64,000 nucleotides of DNA from Mustelus asterias (GCF_964213995.1 NC_135811.1:101928001-101992000), one strand, 5' to 3'. Counted from the stretch's first letter, positions 39,081 to 53,040 are shown. Numbers and translations: made by a program. The notes: generated from the sequence alone by a model not told the origin.

Positions 39081-39511
39081 TCTAATAGGAACTCCGACAT
39101 GAACATTTTGAACAGATCCGCTTGCATCTGTTGAATATTGCATGGACTTGTTTCTTCTAAAGTATCAGGTATTGAAGGGGACTGAAAATGTACTGAAAGG
39201 GGAGTGTCCTTGACTGGTAACATTCCAGGCGATGCTAACTTGCTGTCGCAGCTCTTCGAGGAGATTGCCATGCTTCTAACAGATCATTAGACCCTGACAG
39301 AAGCGTCAGTAACAATGCGCTTTTAATTCAGAGCATTAAACTGTTGCATTCAGTTCCTAGAAGATTGGCTTTCTCTACATTGTGCGTACAATTCCGCAAG
39401 GAAAATATTCTTCTGCTCTCAGTTTTCATGTCTTTCCATCTTTAGCAATTTTTTTCATCTCAGTCAGTTTATTTAGATTTTCTCAATTTTTCCATATTCT
39501 TGTGTTTTCAG

Positions 39512-39586
39512 TACTGGAATGTCCTGGCACTGGATGGCAGCAACTGGCAAAGAATTGACTTGTTTGACTTCCAAAGAGATATTGAG
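39512..39586 (+). CDS. FBXL20: FBXL20 coding exon: YWNVLALDGSNWQRIDLFDFQRDIE
   Basis: tttcAG acceptor, GTACTG donor; 75 nt, phase 0 to 0, continues the previous exon in frame. Confidence 0.95.
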
Positions 39587-39849
39587 GTACTGTGCACAGG
39601 ATCTTATTATTGATGGAAAGCTGCGTATTGCGAAAAAAATTAAATGGCTTTATTTGTATTTTACCTACATAATTTCACTCAAGTAGCTTTTGTGTGGTAT
39701 ATTTTGACCATAATTGGGTGGACATAGACATAACTTATGGTTTATGTTTTTTTAAAAAATGGATATATTTCTGAAAATACCACAACAGCATTCAGTTGGA
39801 AAGTCAGCCCTAACCCACATACAAGTCGCAGAAATGAAATGCTTTCTTT

Positions 39850-40240
39850 AGTGTGTTAGCTTGGCTCATTGGTAATGCTCTTGTCTGAGTCAAGTAGTGG
39901 ATTCAAAACCCCATTCTAAATTCGAGGCACTTTAGCATTGCAATAGGTGCTGATCTTCAAAGCTAAGTGCCAGTGGCCCATGTAATAGATCCTCAAGCAC
40001 CTTTAAGAGGAGCAGAGGGTTCCCCCTACACCTTTGTGACCTAATACCTCAGTTAGCTCGTCATTTGTGGAATGTAACTGCACAAAATTTAAGCCTTTAT
40101 GTGACTAATAAATAAACTTTAAAAAATGTCTATATTTTACTTTACCAACAGTGGTTATATCGCAAATACAATTAATTGGTTACAAAATGCTTTGGAGACA
40201 TAAGGTGTGAGCTGGCACAATAAGAGCAAGCTTTTTTCAT
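39850..40240 (+). mobile_element. Old tRNA-headed Deu-like SINE remnant
   Basis: TGGCTCATTGGTA head and GAGGAGCAGAGGGTTCCCC core; carries a short tail-B fragment near 40090-40122. Confidence 0.5.
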
Positions 40241-41604
40241 CTTAGGTGGGCAGTAGCTGAAATGATAAAGGTGTATTTTCCACCATAAATTCTTTATTAT
40301 CACTCTTTTGTCAATATCAAAAATTCTAATTATGTTGATCTTACATGATTTACAGCGAAGGAAATGCATGTTGGTCTTCATTGGGCAACAATAAATGATT
40401 TTCGCCCTTGCGTAGTGTGAAATTTGATTGGATGCATCTTGGTAGATTTCATAAGGTCTACTGTTCAGAGCAAACTGGGGTCTCAAAGGTTGCTGTTATA
40501 GACTGTTCAAATGCTTATTTGTCAAATTAATCCTTTTATGCTAAGAATTTTGCTGTTTCTCCTTGTTCACCCTCTCGTACCCATTAAATAGACTTAGTTG
40601 ACAAAATCAAATAAAGAAAAGCACACAAAACTAAAGCAAGGAAGGAAATGATTGCATTGGTCCAAATAAATGTGCTTTACATCCTCTATTTAATTGGGTA
40701 TAGTGGTATATTCCTTTCTGTCATGCATCCAGGAATAACAGAAGCATTCCGCTTTCTATAAAATGCACTGTTTTCCCACAGAAAATGCTTCAACATTTTT
40801 CTAAAGTGAGTAAGCTTGACTCCCTTTGTGGAAAAGGCTTGGTGGCCTTTGTAGTTTTAATGTCTGGAAGGTGCCTGGTGGTGGGTAGCTGGCAGCTTCC
40901 CAAGAATGTGTGGCTGCCTGATTTCTGTTTAATATCACCTACTACCGTCCCAAAGTTCAGGAATAGGGGGGAAAGCGAGAGCTGCACAACAAAAGAAAAT
41001 AAGAAAGTGATGTGGTCATCGAAAAAGTGTCGTCGCGATAGGTCGGTGAGCTCTAGATTTGACAGTGTGGGGAGTTTTGGATGTTGCGGGCAGTGCTCAA
41101 AGTACCAGGGAACAAAGGGCTCAGGGAGTGCCCAAGTGTTCGTTATGAAAGGGAGAGAGCCTCAACAGAGATGTTAGCCTGTTTCCATCAGAGAAGAACT
41201 TGTTTTTGTTCCTGAAATATTTTGGAGCAGATGAACTGACGACATTACAGTGGATAACTGATTCTCCCTCGCTCATTTTCTATACAGCGTGAGTTTTCGT
41301 TGCAGATAGGGCAAGCCAAAGGGAAAATTCTGTCACAGGTCTCTATGAATTGAGTTGCATCAAGTTACTGTGGGACTTCCTATTTGTCCTATCGATTGCT
41401 CCATACAAGGAATGTTTTGGGGAGGTGCAATTGCCATTATGTCAATAAACCTTGACACCCTGTTGGTGAGACTGTGCCCCTCAATTAATTTCAAACATTC
41501 TTTTGTGTATTTTTCCAGTTGCAATTTTTGTCCTGCCCCTGAGCTGTGAGAAGCTTCTAATCTGGTAAATAAGTCTGCATGGCCGCTGGACACTTGTCAG
41601 TTCA

Positions 41605-42238
41605 GGGGTGGCACGTTGGCACAGTGGTTAGCGCTGCTGCCTCACAGCGCTAGGGACCCGGATTCGATTCCGGCCTCAGGTGACTCTCTGTGTGGAGTTT
41701 ACACGGTTCTCCCTGTATCTGTGTGTGGGTTCCTCTGTGCGCTCCGGTTTCCTCCCACAGTCCAAAGATGTGTAGGTTAGGTTGATTGGCCATGCTAAAT
41801 TGCCCCTTAGTGTCCCACAATGTTAGGTTAGGGGGATTAGCAGGGTAAATATGTGGAGTTATGGAGATAGCGGATGGGTGGGATTGTTGTCAGTGCAGGC
41901 TTGATGGGCTGAATGGCCTCCTTCTGCACTGTAGGGATTCAAAGATGGGTGGCAAAGTAGTTAGCTCTGCCTCACAGCGCCAGGGACCCAGGTTCAATTC
42001 CGGCCTTGGGTGACGTTTTCCCTGTGTCTGCGTGTGTTTCGTCCGGGTGCTCCGGCTTCCTCCCACAGTCCGAAAGATATACAAGTTAGGTTGATTGGCC
42101 ATGCTAAATTGCCTCTTAATGTCAGGGGGATTAGCAGGGTCAATGCATAGGGTTACAGGGACAGGGCCTGGGTGGGATTGTTGTTAGTGCAAGCGCGGTG
42201 GGCCGAATGGCCTCTTTCTGCACTGTAGGGATTCTATG
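41605..42238 (+). mobile_element. Two head-to-tail HE1-like SINEs (41605-41940, 41946-42238)
   Basis: Two heads and two tail-A ends. Confidence 0.92.
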
Positions 42239-43084
42239 AATATCACGTAACTGATGTTTCTCTTTGGGTTTCTTTTCTTCTCAAATCCTACCTTAAGCCA
42301 AACGTGCACATGATTTTGAGAGACCTCGGACTCTGCCAATGCTATTTGTGAACTACCTGTCAGTTATAAAGTTGTGGACTAAATATGTCCAGGATTTGCC
42401 TCTATAGAAATGGCTTCAACTGCATCTAGAGAGAGGGGAAAAGCTGAGCCACTCTGTGCACCTTACCCTAACTGATTGAATTGGGAATCTTGACGTAGTA
42501 GAGACTATGAAAGGAAGAAGGATAAAAGTGAACAAAAAGTGGTCAGTTTGGCACTTTCTTTGTCTGTCTCTCACTGAAAATCCTATGGAGACTTGGTACT
42601 AGCTTTGAAAATACAGAATCAGCTAGTGAATGAGTGCTGTATAACTGTTTCAATGGGTGTGCCATATAGCCTTACTCAAAAGCACAAAGGTGGACAACAT
42701 CTTGTACACCCTACCTGATGATTAGTTCCAATGAACTGAATACCTTGTGTTGTGTTTCGCAGACATTCCCTGCAATTCATGTTTAGTAACAGCTCGGAAG
42801 AATTTCTGTCCCCGATATAGGTTTGAAATAATATATTTTGGGCAGATCATCAATGGTTCAGGTTATTGCAATGATGTAAAAATGAAGGGTGACATTTGGA
42901 AAATTATACCTATCACTGGGTACAAAAAGCCATTGTCTTGCAGTAATTAAATTCACATGATCGGCAGTAACTGCAGAGTGCATTTGCAGGAGCTATTCCA
43001 GCTGGAAGTTATGTTTGTTAGTTGTTGCCTTGGACCCTAATGAAAGTTATCATTCAACTAACACTCTAATCCAATGGCAGGTTA

Positions 43085-43380
43085 TAAAGTTTAAAGTTTA
43101 TTTGTTATTGTCACACACAGGCTTACATTAACACTGCATTGAAGCTCCTGTGAAAATTCCCTAGTCGCCACACTCCGGCACCTGTTCGGGTTCACTGAGG
43201 GGGAATTTAGCATGGCCAATGCACCTGACCAGCACGTCTTTCAGACTGTGGGAGGAGACCGGAACACTGGACGAAACCCACGTAGACATGGGGAGAACAT
43301 GCAGAGTCCGCACAGATAGTGACTCAAGCCAGGAATCGAACCTGTGAGGCAGCATTGCTAACCACTGTGCCACCATGCTG
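43085..43380 (-). mobile_element. V-SINE, tail B
   Basis: Reverse complement of head, core and tail B. Confidence 0.9.
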
Positions 43381-44367
43381 CTGTATAACTGTTATCTCAG
43401 TTATTGAGACCAGTTAAAGGAGTCTGAAGAGAAAATCCTGGGGGGGGGGGGGGGGATTTCCCCCCCCCCCCCTTTGTTCAGTCCTATAAAGGGTGTTGCA
43501 AAGAGACTGCTCCTAAAAATGTGAAACTTTCTCTTTTAAGATGCTGACAGGTTTGCTGTGCGATTCCAACATTTTTCTGCTTTTAAACTGGGTCCAAAGT
43601 TCAGGCTGCCTGGCGTCTATAGTCAGTCCATCTTCCTTGACAGTTGAACCAACCCTAATGCCCAAATTGGCAGCAGTGTGGCATTTCTGCCATTCCATTG
43701 GCTGTTTAAACTACTTTTAATCCCTGAATGTCCTCTGTCGAGCAAATCTTTTTATTGTATAGAATACTTCTGTCGATAATCGGTTTGACCGTACGATGTA
43801 AAATTATATTTAATACTGAGATTATTTTTTAAATGTGTTTTAGTTCTGTAAGGGTATTTTCATGCTAATTCCTGGATCATCTGGGGAACAATTATGTTGG
43901 AAGGATCAAGTTTCTTAACATGGTCTGTGAATTTTTCTGGTGTGAGCCGAGGCGTAGAAATGTAACAGTGTAATTGTAGGTGGGTGTGTTACACCACTGG
44001 TCACTTCCGATGATGGGAGGTTTTGGTGCCAGCTGTATTTGTGTCAGAACACGGACAAATATCTTTTTAAAGGCAGAGACGGCACAGAGGAGGATGATGT
44101 GTGTTGGTCCATTCACTAATCTTAAAGTTTGAATTTTCAGTCTTGTGGCTATGCTTCTCCCTGCTCTACCCCTTCCTCTGGATTCATGTTTGTATATTTG
44201 CCGAGCAGGAAGACAGAAGCTTCATTAGAACACAGTAAACCCAGTTCCGATCAAAGAGCTACACACAAAACATTAACCAGTCTTGTCATCTTTTGAATGT
44301 TGATAGATCTACTGTGCATCTTCAACATTTTCTTTTTTTGTCATTCTGCGTATTCATTTTAGATCAG

Positions 44368-44655
44368 AAGTTTAAAGTTTATTTATTATTAGTCACAAAT
44401 AGGCTTACATTCACACTGCAATCAAGTTACTGTGAAAATCCTCTAGCCCCCACACTCCGTGCCTGTTTGGGTGCACTAAGGGGCAATTGAGCATGGCCAA
44501 TTCACCTAACCTGCACATCTTTGGAGTGTGGGAGGAAACCGGAGCACCCGGAGGAAACCCACGCAGGCATGGGGAGAACGCGCAAACTCCACACAGACAG
44601 TGACCCAAGCCGGGAATCGAATCCGGGTCCCTGGCGCTGTGAGGCAGCAGTGCTG
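44368..44655 (-). mobile_element. V-SINE with A-type core and B-type tail
   Basis: CCAAAGATGTGCAGGTTAGG/TTGCCCCTTAG core joined to tail B. Confidence 0.85.
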
Positions 44656-44829
44656 TGACGTGAAAATTTTCAATTGATATATTCTGGCATGTTTCTATTG
44701 TATTTTGAAAGCTGCAATGGAAGTTATCGTTGAATTTTTAGAGAACATTGAAATCGTAACTTACATATCAAAATTCCATGATGTGTGGATAAAGTCCTTT
44801 CTTAAAAATTATTTTTCTTGATGACACAG

Positions 44830-44924
44830 GGCCGAGTGGTAGAGAATATTTCGAAACGATGTGGTGGATTTTTACGGAAACTTAGCCTGCGAGGGTGCCT
44901 CGGTGTTGGTGATAACTCTTTAAG
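44830..44924 (+). CDS. FBXL20: FBXL20 coding exon: GRVVENISKRCGGFLRKLSLRGCLGVGDNSL(R)
   Basis: cacAG acceptor, GTAAAA donor; 95 nt, phase 0 to 2; first LRR. Confidence 0.95.
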
Positions 44925-45080
44925 GTAAAAACATGCATTATCTTTTAGTGATGGATGATGAAATGGTACTGTTATATACCTATATTTTCCCAAATGGTGA
45001 TGTAGGGCAAGACTTTGAGTGATGGCTAGAGTTTCTAGAACCAGGCGCAATGCAGTTAAACATCTGCAGTTTAAACTGGA

Positions 45081-45378
45081 TCATAGAATCCCTACTGTGC
45101 AGAAGGAGGCCATTCGACCCATCGAGTCTGCACTGACCACAATCCCATCCAGGCCCTATTCCTGTAACCTCCTGCTAATCCCCCTGACACTAGGGCCAAT
45201 TTAGCATGGCCAATCAACCTAACCCACATATCTTTAGACTGTGGGAGGAACCTGGAGCACTCGGAGGAAACCTACGCAGACATGGGGAGAACGCGCAAAC
45301 TCCACACACAGACCCGAGGCTGGAATTGAACCCATGTCCCTGGCACGGTGAGGCAGCAGTGCTAACCACTGTGCCACC
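45081..45378 (-). mobile_element. HE1-like V-SINE, tail A
   Basis: Reverse complement of a full SINE. Confidence 0.92.
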
Positions 45379-46274
45379 TTGATCCATGATGTATATAGTC
45401 TGATTCATTGAGGGATATTGAGATGTGTGCCAAGTTGTTTTAAATGTTGTATATATAGTTGTTGCTTTGACTTCCACATGCCATAAAATAGCTTCTAAGC
45501 CAGTTGTTCCAATTGCTAAAACGAAGGTTATTTCTGTCTGTCTGATTGGAATGTGTTCTAGTCACATGTTGTTGTGGTCAATGCTATGTGGCTGTCTAAG
45601 ATAGGTGAGATACACTTTCTAAAAGGCAATAGAAAGCTGTGCTAACCTGCTTGTTGCAGGGTGTGAAGCCTTGCTATCGTGTGGTAGGTCATGCATAGCA
45701 CAGAGATTTCTGGAATAGCAAGCTGGGTCGTGGTTCTTTGTAGTTTTCTAGAAAAGGCATCCAAAATTCTGAGCATTGGGATATGATCAGATATGTATAA
45801 GTAGGTACCCTCTGATCTGAGCCCCATCAATAATCATTATACTTTTACAAACGGGAGTAAGCTTGGCTAGACCCTTTTCTGCTACTTAATTAGATAATAG
45901 TGTTGCTTCAAGTCACTTCCCATAATTGCCAAGCAGAAAATCCATCTATCTTTGTCCTGAAACCTTAGAGCTGTGAAATGTTGAGACAGTTTGTGCTATT
46001 CTTTGTATGAGGGAGTGTTCTCTGATTTAACTCCTGAATGCTATAGCTCTAATTCTAAGATTATGTTCCCCTATTCTTGATTTCCCCCATCAAAGGTACT
46101 GGCTCCTCCATATCTACCCTATCAAATACTCTGTCAAGAAATCTGAAGCCATCAATGCGAGTATTATATATTTGGCATACTGTGGAGTTCCAAAATATAT
46201 TTGTCAATCTAAACTCTCAAATTCAAACGAACAAAGACTTGAAAGGGGAAAATAATTTTCTTGTTTCATCAAGA

Positions 46275-49130
46275 GGAGTATACACCTTGAGTATAGGGAA
46301 AGTAGGAAGGAACTTAAACGAGGAATTCTGAGGGCTGAAAGGGGACATGAAATGTCTTCAGTAAACAGGGTCAAGGAGAATCCCAAGGCTTTTCATGCAT
46401 ATTCTCGGAGCAAGAGGGTAGCAAGAGAAAGGGTAGGCCCACTCAAGGACAATGGAGGGAAGTTATGCGTGGAGCCACAGGAAGCGGGTGAAATCCTTAA
46501 TGAGTACTTTGTATCGGTATTCACCAAGCAGAAGGACATGACGGATGTTGAGGTCAGGGATAGGTGTATGAACGCTCTAGAGAATGTCAGTATATCAAAG
46601 GAGGAAGCGTTGAGTATCCTAAATTGCATTAAGGTAGACAAGTCCCCAGGGCCAGATGGGATCTATCCCAGGTTACTACGGCAGGTAAGGGAAGAAATAG
46701 CTGGAGTCTTAACAGATATCTTCATATCCTCTTTGACCACAGGTGAGGTTCCAGAGGATTAGAGAATAGCCAATGTTGTTCCCTTGTTTAAGAAAGGAAG
46801 CAGGGATTATAGGCCTGTGAGCCTGGCGTCAGTGGTGGGGAAGCTTTTGATGAAGGTACTGAGGGACAGGGTATGTGCACATTTGGAAGAAAATGGATAG
46901 TTAGTGACAGGCGGCATGGTTTTGTATGGGGAAGGTCATGTCTCACCAACTTGATTGAATTTTTTGAAGAGGTGACAAAGATAATTGATGAGTGAAGGGC
47001 TGTGGATGTAGCATATATGGACTTTAGTAAGGTCTCACATTACTGACTGATGCAAAAACTAAAATCACATGGGATTCGGGGTGAGCTGGCTTGATGGATA
47101 CCGAACTGGCTTGGTTATAGAATATAGAAGACAGAGGTGTAGTGGGTGTTTTTCAGGATGGAGATTTGTAGCTAGTGGTGTTTCGCGGGGATCAGTGCTG
47201 GGACCTCTGTTGTTTGTGGTATATATAAATGATCTGGAAGAAAGTGTGGAGGGTCTGATTAGTAAATTTGCGGATGACACGAAGATTGGTGGAGTTGCTG
47301 ATAGTGCCGGGGATTGTCAGAAGATACAACAGGATATAGATAGATTGGAGACTTGGGCACAGAAATAGCAGATGGAGTTTAATCCAGACAAATGCGAGGT
47401 GATGCATTTTGGAAGATCAAATTTAGGTGTGAATTATAATGTAAATGACAGAACCCTTAGGAACATTAACATACAGAGGGATCTGGGCATGCAGATTCAC
47501 AGTTCCCTAAAAGTGGCAACAGAGGTGGCCAAGATGACTAAGAAAGCATATGGCATGCTTGTCTTCATCAGATGACGGAACTGGGAGCATTCTGGCCAAG
47601 TTTGCCGATGATACAAAGATAGGTGGAGGGGCAGGTAGTATTGAGGAGGTGGGGAGGCTGCAGAAAGATTTAGACAGTTTAGGAGAGTGGTCCAAGAAGT
47701 GGCTGATGAAATTCAACGTGGGCAAGTGCGAGGTCGTACACTTTGGAAAAAAGAATAGAGGCATGGACTATTTTCTAAACGGTGACAAAATTCATAATGC
47801 TAAAGTGCAAAGGGACTTGGGAGTCCTAGTCCAGGATTCTCTAAAGGTAAACTTGCAGGTTGAGTCCGTAATTAAGAAAGCAAATGTAATGTTGTCATTT
47901 ATCTCAAGAGGCTTGGAATACAAAAGCAGGGATGTACTTCTGAGGCTTTATAAAGCACTGGTTAGGCCCCATTTGGAGTACTGTGAGCAATTTTGGGCCC
48001 CACACCTCAGGAAGGACATACTGGCACTGGAGCGGGTCCAGCGGAGATTCACACGGATGATCCCAGGAATGGTAGGCCTGACATACGATGAACGTCTGAG
48101 GATCGTGGGATTATATTCATTGGAGTTTAGGAGGTTGAGGGGAGATCTGATAGAAACTTACAAGATAATGAACGGCTTAGATAGGATGGACGTAGGGAAG
48201 TTGTTTCCATTAACAGGGGAGACTAGGACGCGGGGGCACAGCCTTAGAATAAAAGGGAGTCACTTTAGAACAGAGATGAGGAGAAATTTCTTCAGCCAGA
48301 GAGTGGTGGGTCTGTGGAATTCATTGCCACAGAGGGCTGTGGAGGCCGAGACGTTGAGCGTCTTCAAGACAGAAATTGATAAATTCTTGATTTCTCGAGG
48401 AATTAAGGGCTATGGGGAGAGAGCGGGTAAATGGAGTTGAAATCAACCATGATTGAATGGTGGAGTGGACTCGATGGGCCGAATGGCCTTACTTCCGCTC
48501 CTATGTCTTATGGTCTTATGGTCTTATCAGCCGGGGATTGAGTACAAAGATTGAGAAATCGTGTTGCAGCTATATAAAACCTTGGTTAGGCTGCATTTGG
48601 AGTATTGTGTGCAGTTCTGGTCATCACACTACCAGAAGGACGTGGAAGCTTTGGAGAGAGTGCAAAGAAGGTTCACCAGGATGTTGCCTGGTCTCGAGGG
48701 TGTTGGCGATGAGGAGAGGTTGAATAAACTAGGATTGTTTTCACTGGAAAGACGGAGGCTGAGGGGAGACCTGATAGACGTCAACAAAATAGACAGGGTG
48801 GATAGTTAAGAGGCTTTTTCCCAGTGTGGAACTGTCAATTACAAGGGGGCACAGGTTCAAGGTGAGAGGGGGAAAGTTTTAAGGGAGATGTGCAGGGGTT
48901 GGTTTTTCACACACTGAGTGGTGGGTGCCTGGAATGTGCTGCCCAAAGGTGGTAATGGAAACGGGCAACATTTAAGTGGCATCTGAATGGCTACATGAAT
49001 AAGGAGGGAATAGAAGGATTCAGACCGAATAGGGGCGGAAGGTTTTTAAGTTCAGTTAGGGCATCATGATTGGCACAGGTTTGAAGGGCCGAAAGGCCTG
49101 TTCCTGTGCTGTACTTTTCTTTGTTGTTCA
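46275..49130 (+). mobile_element. CR1 LINE (linker, RT, 3' tail) hosting a nested CR1
   Basis: ENPKAFHAY, KSPGPDGIYP, KFADD; host resumes at 48531. Confidence 0.93.
47572..48525 (+). mobile_element. Young nested CR1 with uninterrupted RT C-terminal ORF
   Basis: ORF 47550-48440 without stops; (ATGGTCTT)n tail; ATCAG duplicated at 47567-71 and 48526-30. Confidence 0.93.
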
Positions 49131-49821
49131 ATCTACTGAAGTGATGTTATTACTCGTGACCTTTGAGCTTTGACATCTGTACCTGGAACCTGAATGTTTT
49201 CCATAAGGGCAGCATATTTGCCTGAAGGAAAACATTTCTACAATTAACCATTCATCAGTTTTTCTTTTGAAAGCATAACTTTCAAACAGAAGATGTAGTA
49301 GATATCCTCAAAAATGAAAAGTAAACTCAAGAATTGGTTGTTTATTGTATAATACTAACAGCAGCAAGAGATCTATTGGATACTGGTAACCTTGAACATG
49401 GATACATTGTTCATAGTGAATCCAGGGAAGTAATTATTAACTTCAGGAAAAAATAAAAGCTTAACTAGCGACAGCTAATTATTACTTTGCCAGTTTGCAG
49501 TCTCCATCCTGCTCTGTCCACAGTTAAAGGTTAATCCAAGAATAATCTGAGTACTGTACTGTGGGCTATGCATAATTTTCATCTTTCATTGATGTGAAAG
49601 ATGGGATGTTTGCCCTACCAATGAAAGAGCTCTCCTCTATTTTTTCATCACTGTGTAGCATAATATTCAGCCAACTAGAAATATCCAGTAGGATCTTGCC
49701 CAGCAATAGTTTTGAACCATGAGGGAAAAGTACCAGTTGAATTAAACTGTAAGGGAAAAGATAGAAGTCCAATCGCGTGTTGTCAAACTTTGTGGGCCTA
49801 TTAGTTTTTTTGTAGTTTTGT

Positions 49822-50098
49822 TTTATTATTGTCACAAGTTGATTTGCATTAACACTGCAATGAAGTTACTGTGAAAATCCCCTAGTCTCCACACTCCGGT
49901 GGCGCCTGTCCAGGTACACCCAGGGAGAATTTACATGGCCATTGCACCCTAACCAGCACGTTTCTTGGACTGTGGGAAGAAACCGGAGCACCCGGAGGAA
50001 ACCCACGCAGACACGGGGAGAACGCGCAGACTCCACACAGACAGTGACCCGAGGCCGGGTCCCTGGCGCTGTGAGGCGGCAGTGCTAACCACTCTGCC
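49822..50098 (-). mobile_element. V-SINE, tail B
   Basis: Reverse complement of head, core and tail B. Confidence 0.9.
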
Positions 50099-50232
50099 AA
50101 ATTAATGCTCTGAACATGACTGACTGTATTTGATAACACTCCTGTGAAGCATTTTGCGACATTTGTTACATAAAGGGTATTTTATAAAAGTTTTTGTTTG
50201 TTATGCATAAAGAAGAATGTTGATTCAGCACC

Positions 50233-50279
50233 TATATATATTATATATATATATATATTATATATATATATATATATAT
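50233..50279. repeat. Interrupted (TA)n microsatellite
   Basis: Direct reading; 77 nt upstream of exon 50356. Confidence 0.95.
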
Positions 50280-50355
50280 GCACTTGGTTGAAATATTCCG
50301 TTTATTCTAAGTGCATTTTACAGTAACTGTTGTCGTTTTTCTTTTGTTTCTCTAG

Positions 50356-50424
50356 GACGTTTGCTCAGAACTGCAGGAATATTGAACAGTTAAATCTGAA
50401 TGGATGTACAAAAATCACAGATGC
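50356..50424 (+). CDS. FBXL20: FBXL20 coding exon: (R)TFAQNCRNIEQLNLNGCTKITD(A)
   Basis: Pyrimidine tract + tAG, GTAAGT donor; 69 nt, phase 2 to 2. Confidence 0.95.
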
Positions 50425-50807
50425 GTAAGTAAGCTGAACGCAGTAATTTGAGAGCGAGCTGTAGCCTTTGCTCCTCACCCAGGTTTGTATTAAAAGAAAA
50501 ACAAAGGTCAAAGTGCAGGAGGCCGCAATGGTTGGAAAGACAAGGAAAGAGGGATAAATTAGGAAGTGATCACTCTCACTGGATGCACTGTTTATTTACG
50601 AAAAACGCTTTACCCCATTTCCCAAACGAAGTGTCCACTGTTTAAGCTGCAAAAATAAATGGAGAGGTGTGAATTTCTGGCAAGCTGTACTGACATCTGG
50701 TTTATGAAGCCGCGTCCATGGTAAAGCACGCGCTTTTCATTGGTATCACAGTTGGTTTCAAGTAGAAACGTTAACAGTTGTCTTTCACTTTGTGCATGTG
50801 AGGGAAG

Positions 50808-51420
50808 GTGATAGCGCAGTGGTACTGTCACTGGACTAGTCATTCAGGGGCCCAGGGTAATCCTCTGGGGATCCAGGTTCGATGGTGAAATTTGAATTTT
50901 TAAAAAAATCTGGAATTCAAGTCCAATGATCATGAAATCATTGTCGATTGATGTCAAAACCCATCTGGTTCACTAATGTCCTTTAGAGAAGGAAATCTGC
51001 CATCCTTACCTGATTTGTATTTTATTAGTGTCACAAATAGGCTTATGTTAACACTGCAATAAAGTTACTATGAAATTCCCCTGGCCGCCACACTCGGGCG
51101 CCTGTTTGGGTTCACTGAGGGAGAATTTAGCACGGCCAATGCATTTAACCAGCACGTCTCTCAGACTGTGGGAAGAAACTGGAGCACTTGGAGGAAACCC
51201 ACGCAGGCACAGGGAGAAGGTGCAGACTCCGCACAGATGGTCACCCAAGCTGGGAATCGAACCTGGGTCCCTGGCGCTGTGAGGCAGCAGTGCTAACCAC
51301 TGTGCCACTATGCTGCCCTTGTCTGGCCTATATGTGACTCCAGACCCACAACGATATGGTTGACTCTTAAATGTCACTCAGTTCAAGGGGCAACTAGGGA
51401 TGGGCAATAAATGCTGGATG
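50808..51420 (+). mobile_element. Family C SINE split by a minus-strand tail-B V-SINE (51018-51318)
   Basis: CATCCTTACCTG | GTCTGGCCTA continuity across the insertion; homologous to 4690-5310 and 58910-59210. Confidence 0.78.
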
Positions 51421-51689
51421 AATTAAAAAAATATATAAGTAGCTTGTGCAATTGTATAGCATCAATACACTCTGACCTTGGCTGAATAGCCTGTTCCCAC
51501 ATGAAGTGGGGCATGAGGTCAACTGGTATCTGTGGGACTATATGTTAGTTAATGGTCTGAAGGGAGAGGAGGAAAATGCAAAGGTATCTGAGTGCTTTTT
51601 TGATGAATTGTAGTCACAGCATAAACAGATTTTCTTTAGCATATTTTGATTAAGCTGGATTACTGATGCTGGGAAACTGGCTTGACAGA

Positions 51690-52743
51690 ATGTAGAAATA
51701 TGGAAACAGCAGTAGGCCATTCAGCCTTTGAGCCTGGTCCACTATTCAATTACATCATGTCTGAGTTACTCACTTGAGTTCCATGTCCATTGATACCCTT
51801 GCCTTTCAAAGTCTAATGACCTTGGTCTTGAAAGCTTCAATTGATCTAGCATCCACAAACCTCTGCGAAGAAACTTGCTAATTTCTCCTGCTATTTGTGT
51901 ACAAAGTACTTCTTGATTTTGCTCTTGAATAATCTTGTTTTGGGTCCCTTGACCTGAAGAAAGTTTTTTTCTTTGTCTGCTTTGTTGAATCTTTTATCAT
52001 TTAATCATATCGATGAGATTCACCCCTAAATCATTTCTACTCGAGAGAATATAAACCAAGTTTTTGCAGCCTGTCCTCGTAGCTTAAACCTTGACCTTGT
52101 CATTCTGGTACATCAGTGCTGCTCTTCCTCCTTGGCTAATTATATCTTTCATGAGATGTAGTGTCCAAAACAGAATGCAGTATTCCAGAAGGGACCTGAC
52201 TAAAGCTGTATGCAGCGGAAGCATAACTTCCTCCCCATTATACTTCAGTCCACTTAAATAAAGGCCTGTATTTCATTTGATTATTCTTTTATATTTGTCC
52301 ACCAGTTTTAAGTGATTTTTGTAAATGGACACACAATTGTTCCTCCAGAGTTTGTTAGCTTTAGTCCATTCGGAAAACACTCTAACTAACCTATCTTTCC
52401 TTGGTCCAAAGTGGATAACTTCACATTTCTCCACATTAAACTCCATTCACCACATTTTTGCCCACTCAATCTATCAATGTTCCTTTGCAACTTTCTGCTT
52501 CTGTATACACTCTTCCCTGAGCCACCTAACTTACTGTCGTCAGCAAACTTGGATATACAACTCTTCCATTTTCTGCAATACATCATTTATAAATATAGCA
52601 AAAAGCACAGATCCCTGGAGTATTACAAGCCACAGGTCACCAGATTACATACTTTTAATAACTATTTTGTTTCCTACCCCTGAAGCAATTTCAAAACCAT
52701 GCCACAAGGTTGTCATGAACTTTGCTTTAATTTTTACTAATAA
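51690..52743 (-). mobile_element. Degenerate CR1
   Basis: ISKFADDSKLGG remnant and CR1 tail near 51700. Confidence 0.78.
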
Positions 52744-53040
52744 TTTAAAGTTTGTTTATTAGTGTCAAAAGTAGGCTTACATTAACACTGCAATGAAGTT
52801 ACTGTGAAAATTCCCTAGTCGTCACGCTCCGGCGCCTGTCTGGGTACACTGAGGGAGAATTCAGCATGGCCAGTGCACCTAACCAGCACGTCTTTCAGAC
52901 TGGTGGGAGGAAATCTGAGCACCCAGAGGAAACCCACACAGACACGGAGAGCATACAGACTCCCCACAAACAGTGACCCAAGGCTGTCATTGAACCCGGG
53001 TTCCTGGCACTGTGGCAGCAGTGCTAACCACTGTGCCACT
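52744..53040 (-). mobile_element. V-SINE, tail B
   Basis: Reverse complement of a full SINE. Confidence 0.92.

Noticed and set aside
40785-41177. 130-aa ORF in unique intronic sequence
   Set aside because: No recognisable domain or splice structure; length is compatible with chance.
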